Shown piece by piece: positions 55,743 to 64,000 of a stretch of DNA of 64,000 nt; position 1 is the stretch's first letter; the number at the start of each line of letters is the position of its first letter. Below the pieces are notes generated by a model. That model did not search any database and was not told the DNA's origin. It saw only the letters and a list, made by a program, of their open reading frames with translations. The stretch is from Acidimicrobiia bacterium (lineage in GTDB: Bacteria; Actinomycetota; Acidimicrobiia; Acidimicrobiales; Poriferisodalaceae), in contig JAJEBN010000048.1 of assembly GCA_022822525.1 (NCBI GenBank), positions 2,493 to 66,492 of the forward strand, given 5' to 3'. The position numbers were made by a program, and so were the translations under genes.

Positions 55743-56741
55743 ATGGCTTCGGGTGAGCGACCCAGCCGGGTGGCGGTGTCGGGCACCGGCGGCGTGATCG
55801 GCGCCCGGGTGCTGCAGTGGCTGGCGCAGTCGTTCGATGTGGTCGATGTCGGCCCCTTGATGGACGACGACCCGCCGGTGCGCCTGCGCCGGGCCATATC
55901 GGCCGCCGACGCGCTGGTGCACCTGCGGCTGACGCGCGAGATCACCTCAGACCGGCTGCGCCGGGTGGTCGCCGCTGCCGACGTGCCGCACCTGACGCTG
56001 GTGTCGAGCGCCAGCGTGTACGGGGCGTGGCCCAACCATCCGACGCCGATCTCTGAGGACATGGCGGTGCGGCCGAACCTGGAGGCGTCGTTTGCGGTGC
56101 ACCACGCCGACGCCGAGCGCACCGTGCTGGAGTGGCGTGATGCTGGGTCCGGCGCTCCCGGCGAGCGCGGCCGCCAGGTGGCCATCCTGCGGCCGGCGCC
56201 GGTGGTGTCGAGCGGTCTGGGCGGGCCGATCGGCGAGGCGATGCTGGCCGCTGCGCCGATCCGCACCGGCAGCGACGACCCGCCGGTGCAGTTCCTGCAC
56301 CTCGACGATCTGGCGTCCGCGGTGGTGCTGGCGGTGCAGCGGCGCCTCGAGGGCGCGTTCAACGTGGCGCCCGACGGCTGGCTGGCGCCCGGCGAGCTGC
56401 GGGCGCTGCTGGGGGCTCGGCCCAAGATCCGCGTGCCGCTGCCCTTGCCCAAGCGGCTCGACCGGTACGTGGCCCGCCGGGTGGGTCATGCGGCGCCCGA
56501 CGGCCTGCTGCCCTACACCCGCTACAGCTGGGTGGTGGCCAACGACCGGCTCCGCGCCGCCGGCTGGGAGCCCCGCTACAGCAGCGCGCAGGCGTACGTG
56601 ATCGCTGACGCCGGGATGCCCTGGGACGACCTCAATGCGCGCCAGCGCCAGTACGCCACGCTGGCCGGCGCGGGAGCTGCACTGGTGGCCGGCGGCTGGG
56701 CAGCCACAGCCTGGCTCCGGCGCTCCTACGCTTTGCGGTGA
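55743..56741 (+). CDS. NAD-dependent epimerase/dehydratase (SDR) family protein
   Basis: VAVSGTGGVIGARV is a GxxGxxG motif. ATG at 55743 preferred over the track start at 55698. Confidence 0.7.
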   Translation: MASGERPSRVAVSGTGGVIGARVLQWLAQSFDVVDVGPLMDDDPPVRLRRAISAADALVHLRLTREITSDRLRRVVAAADVPHLTLVSSASVYGAWPNHPTPISEDMAVRPNLEASFAVHHADAERTVLEWRDAGSGAPGERGRQVAILRPAPVVSSGLGGPIGEAMLAAAPIRTGSDDPPVQFLHLDDLASAVVLAVQRRLEGAFNVAPDGWLAPGELRALLGARPKIRVPLPLPKRLDRYVARRVGHAAPDGLLPYTRYSWVVANDRLRAAGWEPRYSSAQAYVIADAGMPWDDLNARQRQYATLAGAGAALVAGGWAATAWLRRSYALR

Positions 56742-57190
56742 TGACGACCTGGGTCGAGCTGACGCCCGACGAGCTGCCGGTTGCGGCCATCTACGAGTGG
56801 GCGCTGGATCCGGCGGCCGGCGCGGTGGTGCTGTTCTCGGGCACGGTGCGCGACCATGCCGAGCACCGCACCGGTGTGACCCAGCTCGTCTATGAGGCCT
56901 ACGAGGCCGAAGTGGCCCCGCGGCTGGCAGAGATCGCCGCCGAGATGCGTCGGCGGTGGCCCAGCGTGTGCAAGGCGGCGCTGCTGCACCGGGTGGGCAC
57001 GCTGGCCCTCACCGAGAGCTCGGTGGTGGTCGCGGTGTCGGCGCCGCACCGCGATGCAGCATTCGAAGCTGCGCGCTTCGGCATCGATACGTTGAAGGCC
57101 ACGGTGCCGATCTGGAAGCAAGAACATCATGACGGCGGCACGGACTGGGGCTTGCAGTCCCAGCCGATTGCCGAGGTGCCCCGCGCATGA
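56738..57190 (+). CDS. moaE: Molybdopterin synthase catalytic subunit MoaE
   Basis: 150 aa; VLFSGTVRDH, YEAYE, VVVAVSAPHRDAAFEAARFGIDTLKATVPIWKQE. Confidence 0.85.
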   Translation: MMTTWVELTPDELPVAAIYEWALDPAAGAVVLFSGTVRDHAEHRTGVTQLVYEAYEAEVAPRLAEIAAEMRRRWPSVCKAALLHRVGTLALTESSVVVAVSAPHRDAAFEAARFGIDTLKATVPIWKQEHHDGGTDWGLQSQPIAEVPRA

Positions 57191-57606
57191 GCCCGCTGCT
57201 GTTCCTGGCCATCGCGGTGGTCGTGCCGCTGCTGGGAATGGCCGTGCTGGGCGTGGGCGCCCGGATGAAACACAACCGCGTCACCGACGACGAGACCGAG
57301 CCGTTCCGCCGGCGGCTGAATTCGATCGCTCCGCGTGATCCGCAGCAGTCATCGCGCATGCCCGGCCTGGTGGGCCTGTTCCGCCGAGCGCCCAAGCCGT
57401 CGAATCGAGGCGGCGCCACCGCAGACGGGCCCCAGACCGGCACTGCCGGCCCGCGCCCCCGCACGGCGAAGAGCATCCGCCTGATCGAGCGCGAGTTCTC
57501 GCTGCCGAGACTGCCGCCGCTCAGCGCCGAGCGAGATGAGCGACCGTCACGCCCGAGGCACCCGCGGCGCCCGGCCCACGAACAGGGGAACCGCTCTGCC
57601 ACGTGA
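57187..57606 (+). CDS. Hypothetical single-TM protein with a basic, disordered tail
   Basis: 139 aa; MSPLLFLAIAVVVPLLGMAVLGV then low complexity. Overlaps the mreB start by 71 nt, so the extent is uncertain. Confidence 0.4.
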   Translation: MSPLLFLAIAVVVPLLGMAVLGVGARMKHNRVTDDETEPFRRRLNSIAPRDPQQSSRMPGLVGLFRRAPKPSNRGGATADGPQTGTAGPRPRTAKSIRLIEREFSLPRLPPLSAERDERPSRPRHPRRPAHEQGNRSAT

Positions 57607-58600
57607 CCTCGCAATCGACCTCGGCACAGCGAACACGCTGGTGTACGAGCGGGGACGCGGCATCGTGTTCAACGAGCCGTCGGTCATCGCGCTCAACGAG
57701 CGATCCGGCGACGTCCTGTCGGTGGGCCGCGAGGCGTGGCAGATGATCGGCCGCACGCCGAGCTACATCATCGCTGCTCGCCCCCTGCGCAACGGCGCCA
57801 TCACCGACTTCGACATCACCCAACGCATGATCCGGCTGATCCTCCAGGGCGTCGGCGTCGGCCGGTTCGGCCGGACCCGGGTCGCGGTGTGCGTGCCGTC
57901 GCTGGTCACCCCCGTCGAGCGGCGCGCGGTGATCGAGGCGGCCCGGCGCGCCGGTGCCTCCGACGTGCGGCTCATCGAGCAGCCGATCGCCGCAGCCATC
58001 GGCTCGGGGCTGCCGATCCACGAGCCTGCGGGATCGCTGGTCATCGACGTCGGCGGCGGCACCGCCGAGATCGCCATGGTCTCCCTCGGCGGCTTGGTCT
58101 CGCTCAAGGCAGTGCGCGTGGGTTCGTTCGACTTCGACACCGCGTTGATGAACTACTCCCGGCGGGCGCACGGCATCGCCATCGGCGAGCGCACCGCCGA
58201 GGAGCTCAAGATCAGCATCGGGTCCGCGTGGCCCGCCGACGACAAGTTCGACGCGGAGGTCAAGGGCCGCGACCTCACGACGGGGCTGCCTCGCACGTTC
58301 GTCATCACGCCGACCGAGGTGCGCTCTGCGCTGGCCGACACGGTGGAGGTGATCGTCGAGTCGGTGCTGGAGTGTCTCAGCGAGGCACCGCCGGAGCTGG
58401 CGCAGGACCTCATTCACACTGGCGCGCTCATGGTCGGCGGCGGGTCGCTGCTGCAGGGTCTCGACCGGCGCATCGCGTCGGAGGCACGTGTGCCGGTGCT
58501 GCGGTCCGAGTCGCCGCTCGAGACGGTGGTGCTGGGCGCGGGTCGGGCGCTCGAGAACTTCGAATCGCTGCACGCCTCGCACACCATTCCGGGCCGCTAG
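57536..58600 (+). CDS. mreB: Rod-shape-determining actin homologue MreB
   Basis: 354 aa; LAIDLGTANTLVY, VIDVGGGTAEIA, MVGGGSLLQGLD. Confidence 0.9.
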   Translation: MSDRHARGTRGARPTNRGTALPRDLAIDLGTANTLVYERGRGIVFNEPSVIALNERSGDVLSVGREAWQMIGRTPSYIIAARPLRNGAITDFDITQRMIRLILQGVGVGRFGRTRVAVCVPSLVTPVERRAVIEAARRAGASDVRLIEQPIAAAIGSGLPIHEPAGSLVIDVGGGTAEIAMVSLGGLVSLKAVRVGSFDFDTALMNYSRRAHGIAIGERTAEELKISIGSAWPADDKFDAEVKGRDLTTGLPRTFVITPTEVRSALADTVEVIVESVLECLSEAPPELAQDLIHTGALMVGGGSLLQGLDRRIASEARVPVLRSESPLETVVLGAGRALENFESLHASHTIPGR

Positions 58601-58643
58601 CCGCGCTCGGCAGCGACGCCGGCGGTTGACGCCGCCGGGGCGG

Positions 58644-59354
58644 TCAGCGCACCGGCACGCCGAGCAGCTCGCCGGCGACGGCGCGCACCTGGCGGTCGCG
58701 GTCCTCCAGCGAGGCGCGCACCGCCTCGACGGCACGGTCGTCGTCGAACTGGTGCAGTCCCAGCAGGGCCCGGCGCCGGATCTGGGGCCGGTCCGCCATC
58801 GCGGCGAGCAGCACGTCCAGCGACCGCGCCCGGGCATCGTCGTGACCGGCGCGGGCCCGAGCACCCTGGGCTGCGTCGGTGACCGCTGGGGCTTCGCCGA
58901 GCCCCGCTGCGATGGCACCGAGCGCGGCAACCGCGCTCTCACGGCACAGCGGTTCGTCGTGGTCGAGCGCGATGCGGCACAGCTCGGGCACCGGTGCTGG
59001 GTCCCAGTCCCGCTCGCCCAGCGCTGCCGCTGCGGCATCCACCACCGAGGCGTCGGGGTCGCCCAGCAGTGCGATGAGATCGATCTCCGGCGGGGCCAGC
59101 TCCGCGGCGCGCATGCGGACCTCGGCCGCCCCGTCGTCCAGCGCTGAGCGGACGTGGGCGGCGCTGAGCTCGCCGCAGCGGGCCAGGGCGCCGAGCGCGG
59201 CGGCGCGCACCTTGGCGTCCTCGTCGGCCAGGTACTTCGCTGCTGTGCGGCCGTCGCCGCGGTGGCCGGCCAGCACCGCTTCCAGCCGGCGCTCGTGGGC
59301 ATCGTGAGCGTGGCCGGCACGTGCCTGGCCCGGGGCGGCGGGTGGCGGGGGCAC
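58644..59354 (-). CDS. HEAT-repeat protein
   Basis: 236 aa of repeated D..VR.AA..ALG units (EDAKVRAAALGALA, DPDASVVDAAAAALG, EDRDRQVRAVAGELLG). Confidence 0.7.
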   Translation of the reverse strand: MPPPPAAPGQARAGHAHDAHERRLEAVLAGHRGDGRTAAKYLADEDAKVRAAALGALARCGELSAAHVRSALDDGAAEVRMRAAELAPPEIDLIALLGDPDASVVDAAAAALGERDWDPAPVPELCRIALDHDEPLCRESAVAALGAIAAGLGEAPAVTDAAQGARARAGHDDARARSLDVLLAAMADRPQIRRRALLGLHQFDDDRAVEAVRASLEDRDRQVRAVAGELLGVPVR

Positions 59355-59365
59355 GGGGCCTCAGC

Positions 59366-59530
59366 TCATCCCACGAGCGCTTCGAGCAGGAGCGCTCCCA
59401 GCGCGGCAGCGACCAGCACGATCGCCACCAGCATGAGCGTGCAGATGGCCGTGAAGGCGGTCAGCCCGACGACGGCGACCAGCCGCCGCCAGATCCCCGT
59501 CGGCTTGTAGGGCCAGCGCCCCGACTCCAT
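59366..59530 (-). CDS. Possible 54-aa small membrane protein upstream of the HEAT gene
   Basis: Hand translation: MESGRWPYKPTGIWRRLVAVVGLTAFTAICTLMLVAIVLVAAALGALLLEALVG. Its stop lies 11 nt before the HEAT gene start. Confidence 0.35.
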   Translation of the reverse strand: MESGRWPYKPTGIWRRLVAVVGLTAFTAICTLMLVAIVLVAAALGALLLEALVG

Positions 59531-59565
59531 CAGCCCAATATGCCCGATCAGCCGCCGCGTCGCGC

Positions 59566-60888
59566 GTGGGGGAGACAGGGTGCATGGCACGCTGTGCGCC
59601 TGTGAGCGACGCGTCCGGCGACCCCGACGAGAACGAGGCGGGCCTCGGCTGGCGTGCCCTCGCGGGATCGCTCGACGATCCCATGCTCGGCGTTGCGCTC
59701 CCGCCCGCCGCCGCCGATCCGCAGGCGGCCGATCCGCAGGCTGACGATCCGCACGCTGCCGACCCGCCCGCCGACGATCCGCACGCTGCCGCTCTGCAGG
59801 ACGATGCGATCGACCCCGAGCGATCCGACCCGGCCGAGGCAACCGCGACCGCCCCAGTGCCGACCGGCCACCCCCGACCCAGCCAGTACTCGCCCACCGC
59901 GGTCACGGTCGCGCTGGCCGTCACGCTCGTCGCGATCGCCATCGCCGCCGGCTTCCAGATCCAACTGCGGGGCAAAGCCGTCGTCGCCCCTGGCGGCACG
60001 TTCGACATCGAGGAGTTCGTCGAAGTCCACGACCACCCGGCCTACGCCTCCGACGCGTCCATCAGCCTCGTCAGCGTGCGCACCAGCTTCGCCCCGTCGC
60101 TGTTCGAGGTGGCGGGCGGCTGGCTCGACGGCGCCCTCGAAGTGGTCGACATCATCGACATCCTCGGCGAGCGCACCATCGCGGAGAACCGTGAGGACGG
60201 CCGCATGCAGATGGACCAGTCCACCCAGATCGCTGTGGCCGTCGCACTCGAGCACCTGGGCCACGACATCATGACCCCCATCGGCGCCCGCATCGAGTGG
60301 ATCGTGGCCGACAGCCCCGCCGACGACAGCGAGCTCAGCGAGGGAGATCTCGTCCAGAGCGTCGACGGCACCCCCATCCTCACCGCGCCCGCCCTGTCCG
60401 AGGCCATCAAGGCCTACGAGCCCGGCGCCGAGGCAACCCTCACCGTGCTCGACCCAGATGGGCTCACCCGCACTGTCACCGCCACGCTGGCCGAGCGGGA
60501 CGGCCTCACCCACCTCGGTGTCGTCGTGACCACCCATGTCGAGTTCTCCGAGCCCCCCATCGACGTGACGCTCAATGTCGAGAACATCGGCGGTCCCTCC
60601 GCAGGCCTCGCCTTCACGCTGTCGGTCATCGATGCGCTCACGCCCGAGCCGCTCACCGGCAGCCTCGACGTGACCGCTACGGGCACCATCCATCACGACG
60701 GCGCCGTCGGCCCCATCGGCGGCGTGCCGCAGAAAGCTCACTCCACGGTGCGTGCGGGCACCGATCTGTTCCTGGTGCCGGCCTCGCAGGCGGCTGAAGC
60801 CGCCGCTGTCGCCGAGCCGTCCGTCACCGTCGTCGGCGTCGAGACGCTCGAAGAAGCCATCGCCGCCATCGAAGCCCACCGGCGCTGA
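59566..60888 (+). CDS. Membrane-anchored PDZ plus Lon-like (S16) serine protease (YlbL/SepM-like)
   Basis: TM segment VTVALAVTLVAIAIAA, PDZ (LSEGDLVQSVDG), catalytic Lon-type GGPSAGLAFTL and GGVPQKA. The N-terminal start is uncertain. Confidence 0.8.
   Translation: MGETGCMARCAPVSDASGDPDENEAGLGWRALAGSLDDPMLGVALPPAAADPQAADPQADDPHAADPPADDPHAAALQDDAIDPERSDPAEATATAPVPTGHPRPSQYSPTAVTVALAVTLVAIAIAAGFQIQLRGKAVVAPGGTFDIEEFVEVHDHPAYASDASISLVSVRTSFAPSLFEVAGGWLDGALEVVDIIDILGERTIAENREDGRMQMDQSTQIAVAVALEHLGHDIMTPIGARIEWIVADSPADDSELSEGDLVQSVDGTPILTAPALSEAIKAYEPGAEATLTVLDPDGLTRTVTATLAERDGLTHLGVVVTTHVEFSEPPIDVTLNVENIGGPSAGLAFTLSVIDALTPEPLTGSLDVTATGTIHHDGAVGPIGGVPQKAHSTVRAGTDLFLVPASQAAEAAAVAEPSVTVVGVETLEEAIAAIEAHRR
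59713..59787 (+). repeat. 15-bp in-frame tandem repeat x5 encoding (A/D)DP(Q/H/P)A pentapeptides
   Basis: gccgatccgcaggcg / gccgatccgcaggct / gacgatccgcacgct / gccgacccgcccgcc / gacgatccgcacgct, all in the cytoplasmic N-terminal tail of the PDZ-Lon protease. Confidence 0.85.
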
Positions 60889-61015
60889 CCGCCCCGCCGG
60901 CGGCTCTGCTGACGTTGACGAGCTCGGCTGCATCAGGTGCGCTGAGCACCGGTCTTGGCGTCGCCGGTCGCCTGGTTGAACTCCCGGCTCGTCACTTGCG
61001 TTCTCGGCTTTACGA

Positions 61016-61609
61016 TTGGCGCCGATGAGCACTGTGGCGTCACGGCAACTGCTGGAGATCTTGCGCACCAAGGGCCTCACCGAACTGCCCGAGCCGGTCC
61101 AGCTCGCCTCGGGCAGCTACTCGCGCTACTTCATCGACGGCAAGGTGGCGCTGGGGGCCGGCCACGATCTGCGCTTGGCCGCCGAAGCGATCACCGAGCG
61201 GGTGACCGCGGCCGGCATCCGCTTCGACACGGTCGGCGGGCTCACCCTCGGCGCCGACGCCCTCGCCGCTGCCATCGCGGTGGTGAGCGGCTCGAGCTGG
61301 TTCATCGTGCGCAAGGAAGCCAAGGGGCGCGGCACCAACCGCCTGGTGGAGGGCACACGGATCGGCGACGCCAACCGGGTGCTGCTGATCGACGACGTGG
61401 TCACCACCGGCGGGTCGATCCTGCGGGCCTATGAGAACGTGCGCGACACCGGCGCACAGGTGGTGGCGGCAGTCACGCTGGCCGACCGGGGCCATGACGC
61501 CCAGCGCTCATTCGACGAGCTCGGCGTGCCGTACTTCCCGATGGCCACCTACAGCGACATGGGCATACCGGCCATCGGCACCGAGACAGCCGCAGCCGCC
61601 GCCGACTGA
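61016..61609 (+). CDS. pyrE: Orotate phosphoribosyltransferase-type PRTase
   Basis: 197 aa; PRPP-binding motif VLLIDDVVTTGGS, and SGSYSRYFIDGK. Confidence 0.8.
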   Translation: MAPMSTVASRQLLEILRTKGLTELPEPVQLASGSYSRYFIDGKVALGAGHDLRLAAEAITERVTAAGIRFDTVGGLTLGADALAAAIAVVSGSSWFIVRKEAKGRGTNRLVEGTRIGDANRVLLIDDVVTTGGSILRAYENVRDTGAQVVAAVTLADRGHDAQRSFDELGVPYFPMATYSDMGIPAIGTETAAAAAD

Positions 61610-61801
61610 GCCTCCGCCGACCAGTCGACTCGACTGCCGGGAAGCTGCCGACCAGCGCGCGGCCGACCGCAAGCTCATGGCCGCCTGGGCCGTCGGTGTC
61701 GTCGTCGATGCACGGGGTGAGCCGATTCGGGAGGTGATCGGGCAGTTCCGGCTCGGGGCCTCGTGTCTGGTTCGACGGGTGGTGAACGGCGTCGGGGGCG
61801 G

Positions 61802-62215
61802 CTACGCGGCTGGGAAGGGGTTGAGCACGTTCGCTCCGGTGGGCTCGAAGTGGCGGGCGTTGCGGGTGACCACGGTGAGGCCGTGCTCGAGTGCTGTGGC
61901 CGCGATCAGCAGGTCGGCATTCGCGTGCCCGGGCAGCTCGGAGAGCTGGCCCCACCGACGGGCCGTGCCGGTGTCGACGGGGAGCACGCGGTCGCCGTAC
62001 CAGGTGAGCACCTTGTCGAGCCAGTCGGCGAGTTCCCGGGCGAATGCGGGGTTGCGATCGCGCTGCCGACAGATGCCGCGCTCGATCTCGCCGATGGTGA
62101 CCACGCTGAGATGCAGGTCGGCGGTGCGCTGGCTCGCCAGCCATCTGGCTACCGACGGGTTGCGGTCGCGGCGGCGCAGCGCTGAGAGGACATCGGTGTC
62201 GAGCAGCAGGCTCAC
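61802..62215 (-). CDS. vapC: PIN-domain toxin VapC
   Basis: 137 aa from the GTG at 62215; LLDTDVLSAL, DLLIAATALEHGLTVVTRNARHF. GTGA overlap with the antitoxin stop. Confidence 0.85.
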   Translation of the reverse strand: MSLLLDTDVLSALRRRDRNPSVARWLASQRTADLHLSVVTIGEIERGICRQRDRNPAFARELADWLDKVLTWYGDRVLPVDTGTARRWGQLSELPGHANADLLIAATALEHGLTVVTRNARHFEPTGANVLNPFPAA

Positions 62216-62499
62216 AGCTCGATGTCCCTGGGCGATACGTCGAGCCGCTCGAATTCGCCGTCGTCGGTCGGCATTGCGGCCAGCAGACGGCCGAACGTGG
62301 GCGCGGCAGCGCTGTCGAGCCGGCAGAGCCGCTCGAATTCGTCCACCGCCACCACCACGACCACGGGCCGGCCTCGCCGGGTCACATGCTGCGGATCGCC
62401 GCCCAATGCCGCTTCGACGACGGCGCTGAATCGGTTCTTGGCGTCCTGCAATTGCCACATCTGCGATGCGTCCGCCACAACGGTCTCCCCTGCGTTCAT
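62212..62499 (-). CDS. Phd/YefM-type antitoxin
   Basis: WQLQDAKNRFSAVVEAALGGDPQHVTRRGRPVVVVVAVDEFERL. Start at 62499, or 62460 as an alternative. Confidence 0.8.
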   Translation of the reverse strand: MNAGETVVADASQMWQLQDAKNRFSAVVEAALGGDPQHVTRRGRPVVVVVAVDEFERLCRLDSAAAPTFGRLLAAMPTDDGEFERLDVSPRDIEL

Positions 62500-62504
62500 C
62501 CCAC

Positions 62505-62548
62505 TACAAGCTAGACAGATAATCTAGCCAGCTAGTGAATCTAGGAGT
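62505..62548 (-). promoter_or_regulatory. AT-rich CTAG-palindrome cluster; candidate promoter/operator of the TA operon
   Basis: Four CTAG sites in 34 nt (62511, 62524, 62532, 62541) forming CTAGA-n7-TCTAG and GCTAG/CTAGC dyads. On the minus strand, TAGCTT lies 8 nt upstream of the ATG at 62499. Confidence 0.4.
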
Positions 62549-62604
62549 GAGGAACCGACGCCGGCACTGGCGAAGGCGGCTAGCGCCTCAGCTGGTGCCG
62601 TAGG

Positions 62605-64000
62605 TCAGTTGCTCCTGGAGATGGAGACCGTGTGGGTGTTGCCGTTGTCGGCCGTGACGGTGATGGTGTAGCCGCTCACGGCGACTGACTCGCCTGCTTG
62701 GAGCACTGGGAAGTCGTCGACTTGGCCGTTGCCGGTGTCACCGGCGACCTTGAGGGGCAGTTCCCCGGATTGGGTGAGCGCGTCGACGGTGTACACGAGC
62801 ACGCCTTCGCTGATGAGGCGGGGGTAGGTGGTTCTCCAGCCGTTGGGCGCGGTGTAGTCGCGGCTGTGGTCGAAGCCCTGCTTACGGCGGCTCTCGATGA
62901 CGATCACCTCGCGGGCGTTCAGCGGCACGGCTGCCATTGCTATGCCGTCGCCGGGCTGCGCGATCGGTGCAAGGCTCACAGTGGCTTCGTCGTCGTTGAT
63001 GCACCGCATTTGGGCTTCGTCCAGCCAGCCGAGCTGCCAGCGGCTCCACGCGAGCATCTCGTGCGGTACGAGGTATGTGTCGTAGCCGGTGGCAGTCTGC
63101 CCGTTGCGGTGCTGCCAGGTGTGCCGCAGGCGGGGATCGGTACTGTCCGCGTAGAACCACGAGTGCATCTGCATGAGACCCCACCAAACGTCGACCTTCG
63201 ACTTTCCGGGTGGAACGGGATCCGTTGCCTCGTGGAGGCTGGAGTCATATGGGCCGTAGTCGACGAGTCCGAACTTGTGGACAAGCTCGTGGGCAGCTAC
63301 CCAACCCCAATCAAGCGGCTCGCCGGCCGCTGGGCGAATCTCGTTGCCGACGCTCGCCAAAGTGAAGGTGTTGCCGTCGGCCTCTCCCAGCTCGCCGAGC
63401 GAGATTCCAGCAGTGAAGTGCGTGCCGGTGAACACCGTGAGCGCGACATCGATGTCGGAGAAGTCCAGATGCTCGTCCGCTAGTGCGGCGGCCTCCAGAT
63501 TGGCGACAGAGGAGAGGCTCGTCCGATTCGTGGCCGTCGTGAGCGTCGCATAGTGCCTGAAGGGCTGGCCGGCTCGCAGCCACTCGTGGTGCGGTACGAA
63601 CTCGACGTCGAGCTTGCCGTCACTGACTGCTTCCATGTACGCCTCTGCGTAAGGAAGGCCCAGTGCGGCTTCCTCATGTGTTGTATGGGTCGCCTGTGCA
63701 TCGGGAAAGTCCATGAACAGGACTGCGACGCGCAGCTTCCCGGTCGAGGGAAGCGCGCCAGCCGGCAACGGGAACCCCACGGTGACAAATTGCCCCACAC
63801 CGCGGGGCTTGCATTGGGCCGATGTGTCACGAACCGAGTCTCCGCGCGCGCCCGCCACATAGATGCGGCGACGGTTCTCGTCGTCGATGGTGTGGAACAA
63901 GATCCGCTGGCCGTCGGGCGACCATCGCGGCGCTACCGCCTGAACTTCGCGGTCGAAGATCACCTGCTCATCGGTGCCGTCGATGTTGGCGACATGGATC
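62605..64000 (-). CDS. Secreted zinc metalloprotease-like protein with N-terminal PD40/TolB-type repeat; 5' end lies outside the window
   Basis: HExxH motif (AAHELVHKFG) and WSPDGQRILF. The reading frame stays open from 63963 to the window edge (IHVANIDGTDEQ...). Confidence 0.6.
   Translation of the reverse strand, partial: IHVANIDGTDEQVIFDREVQAVAPRWSPDGQRILFHTIDDENRRRIYVAGARGDSVRDTSAQCKPRGVGQFVTVGFPLPAGALPSTGKLRVAVLFMDFPDAQATHTTHEEAALGLPYAEAYMEAVSDGKLDVEFVPHHEWLRAGQPFRHYATLTTATNRTSLSSVANLEAAALADEHLDFSDIDVALTVFTGTHFTAGISLGELGEADGNTFTLASVGNEIRPAAGEPLDWGWVAAHELVHKFGLVDYGPYDSSLHEATDPVPPGKSKVDVWWGLMQMHSWFYADSTDPRLRHTWQHRNGQTATGYDTYLVPHEMLAWSRWQLGWLDEAQMRCINDDEATVSLAPIAQPGDGIAMAAVPLNAREVIVIESRRKQGFDHSRDYTAPNGWRTTYPRLISEGVLVYTVDALTQSGELPLKVAGDTGNGQVDDFPVLQAGESVAVSGYTITVTADNGNTHTVSISRSN

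Overview
High-GC (about 70%) chromosomal segment with Actinomycetota-type gene content (three WhiB paralogs, AccE, glnII, a senX3-regX3-type pair, a Tad/Flp locus). The lineage cannot be fixed from this window. It is densely coding and mostly housekeeping. From left to right: menaquinone genes (menD in two overlapping pieces, menF fused to a MerR domain); TetR plus a non-pyrrolysine MttB-family methyltransferase; an acyl-CoA block (acyl-CoA ligase, pccB-accE, family III CoA-transferase, fused B12 acyl-CoA mutase); an HTTM-like/DCC membrane fusion; aat; cyclophilin; ask-asd; tRNA-Pro(CGG); an orphan receiver; NfeD protease; selA-selB; Nudix; mrp; an erpA-like gene; a reduced XDH-family protein; a nitrogen cluster (GlnR-like regulator, GSI, GSII, nadE); a sigma-70 factor; a textbook tRNA-Sec; tadZABC-flp-tadE; tatA; pstSCAB-phoU-senX3-regX3; moaE; mreB; a HEAT protein; a PDZ-Lon protease; pyrE; a Phd/VapC pair; and a 5'-truncated secreted metalloprotease at the right edge. 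I saw no rRNA, CRISPR array, transposase or integrase. Many long ORFs in the track are antisense or alternate-frame artefacts of the high GC. The most unusual signal is a 71-nt tRNA-like element between selA and selB, with an alanine-type acceptor stem (G3:U70, A73, encoded CCA) but an aberrant D arm and no usable anticodon loop; the real tRNA-Sec lies 14 kb away. Other non-coding signals are a 35-bp tandem repeat across the mutase start codon, a dispersed intergenic box (GAGGCTGAGCCG) with a longer repeat pair, a 120-bp nested palindrome whose arm recurs at another gene start, two CTGA stop/start overlaps implying CTG initiation, and 11-bp-phased PHO-like and GlnR-like operator repeats.
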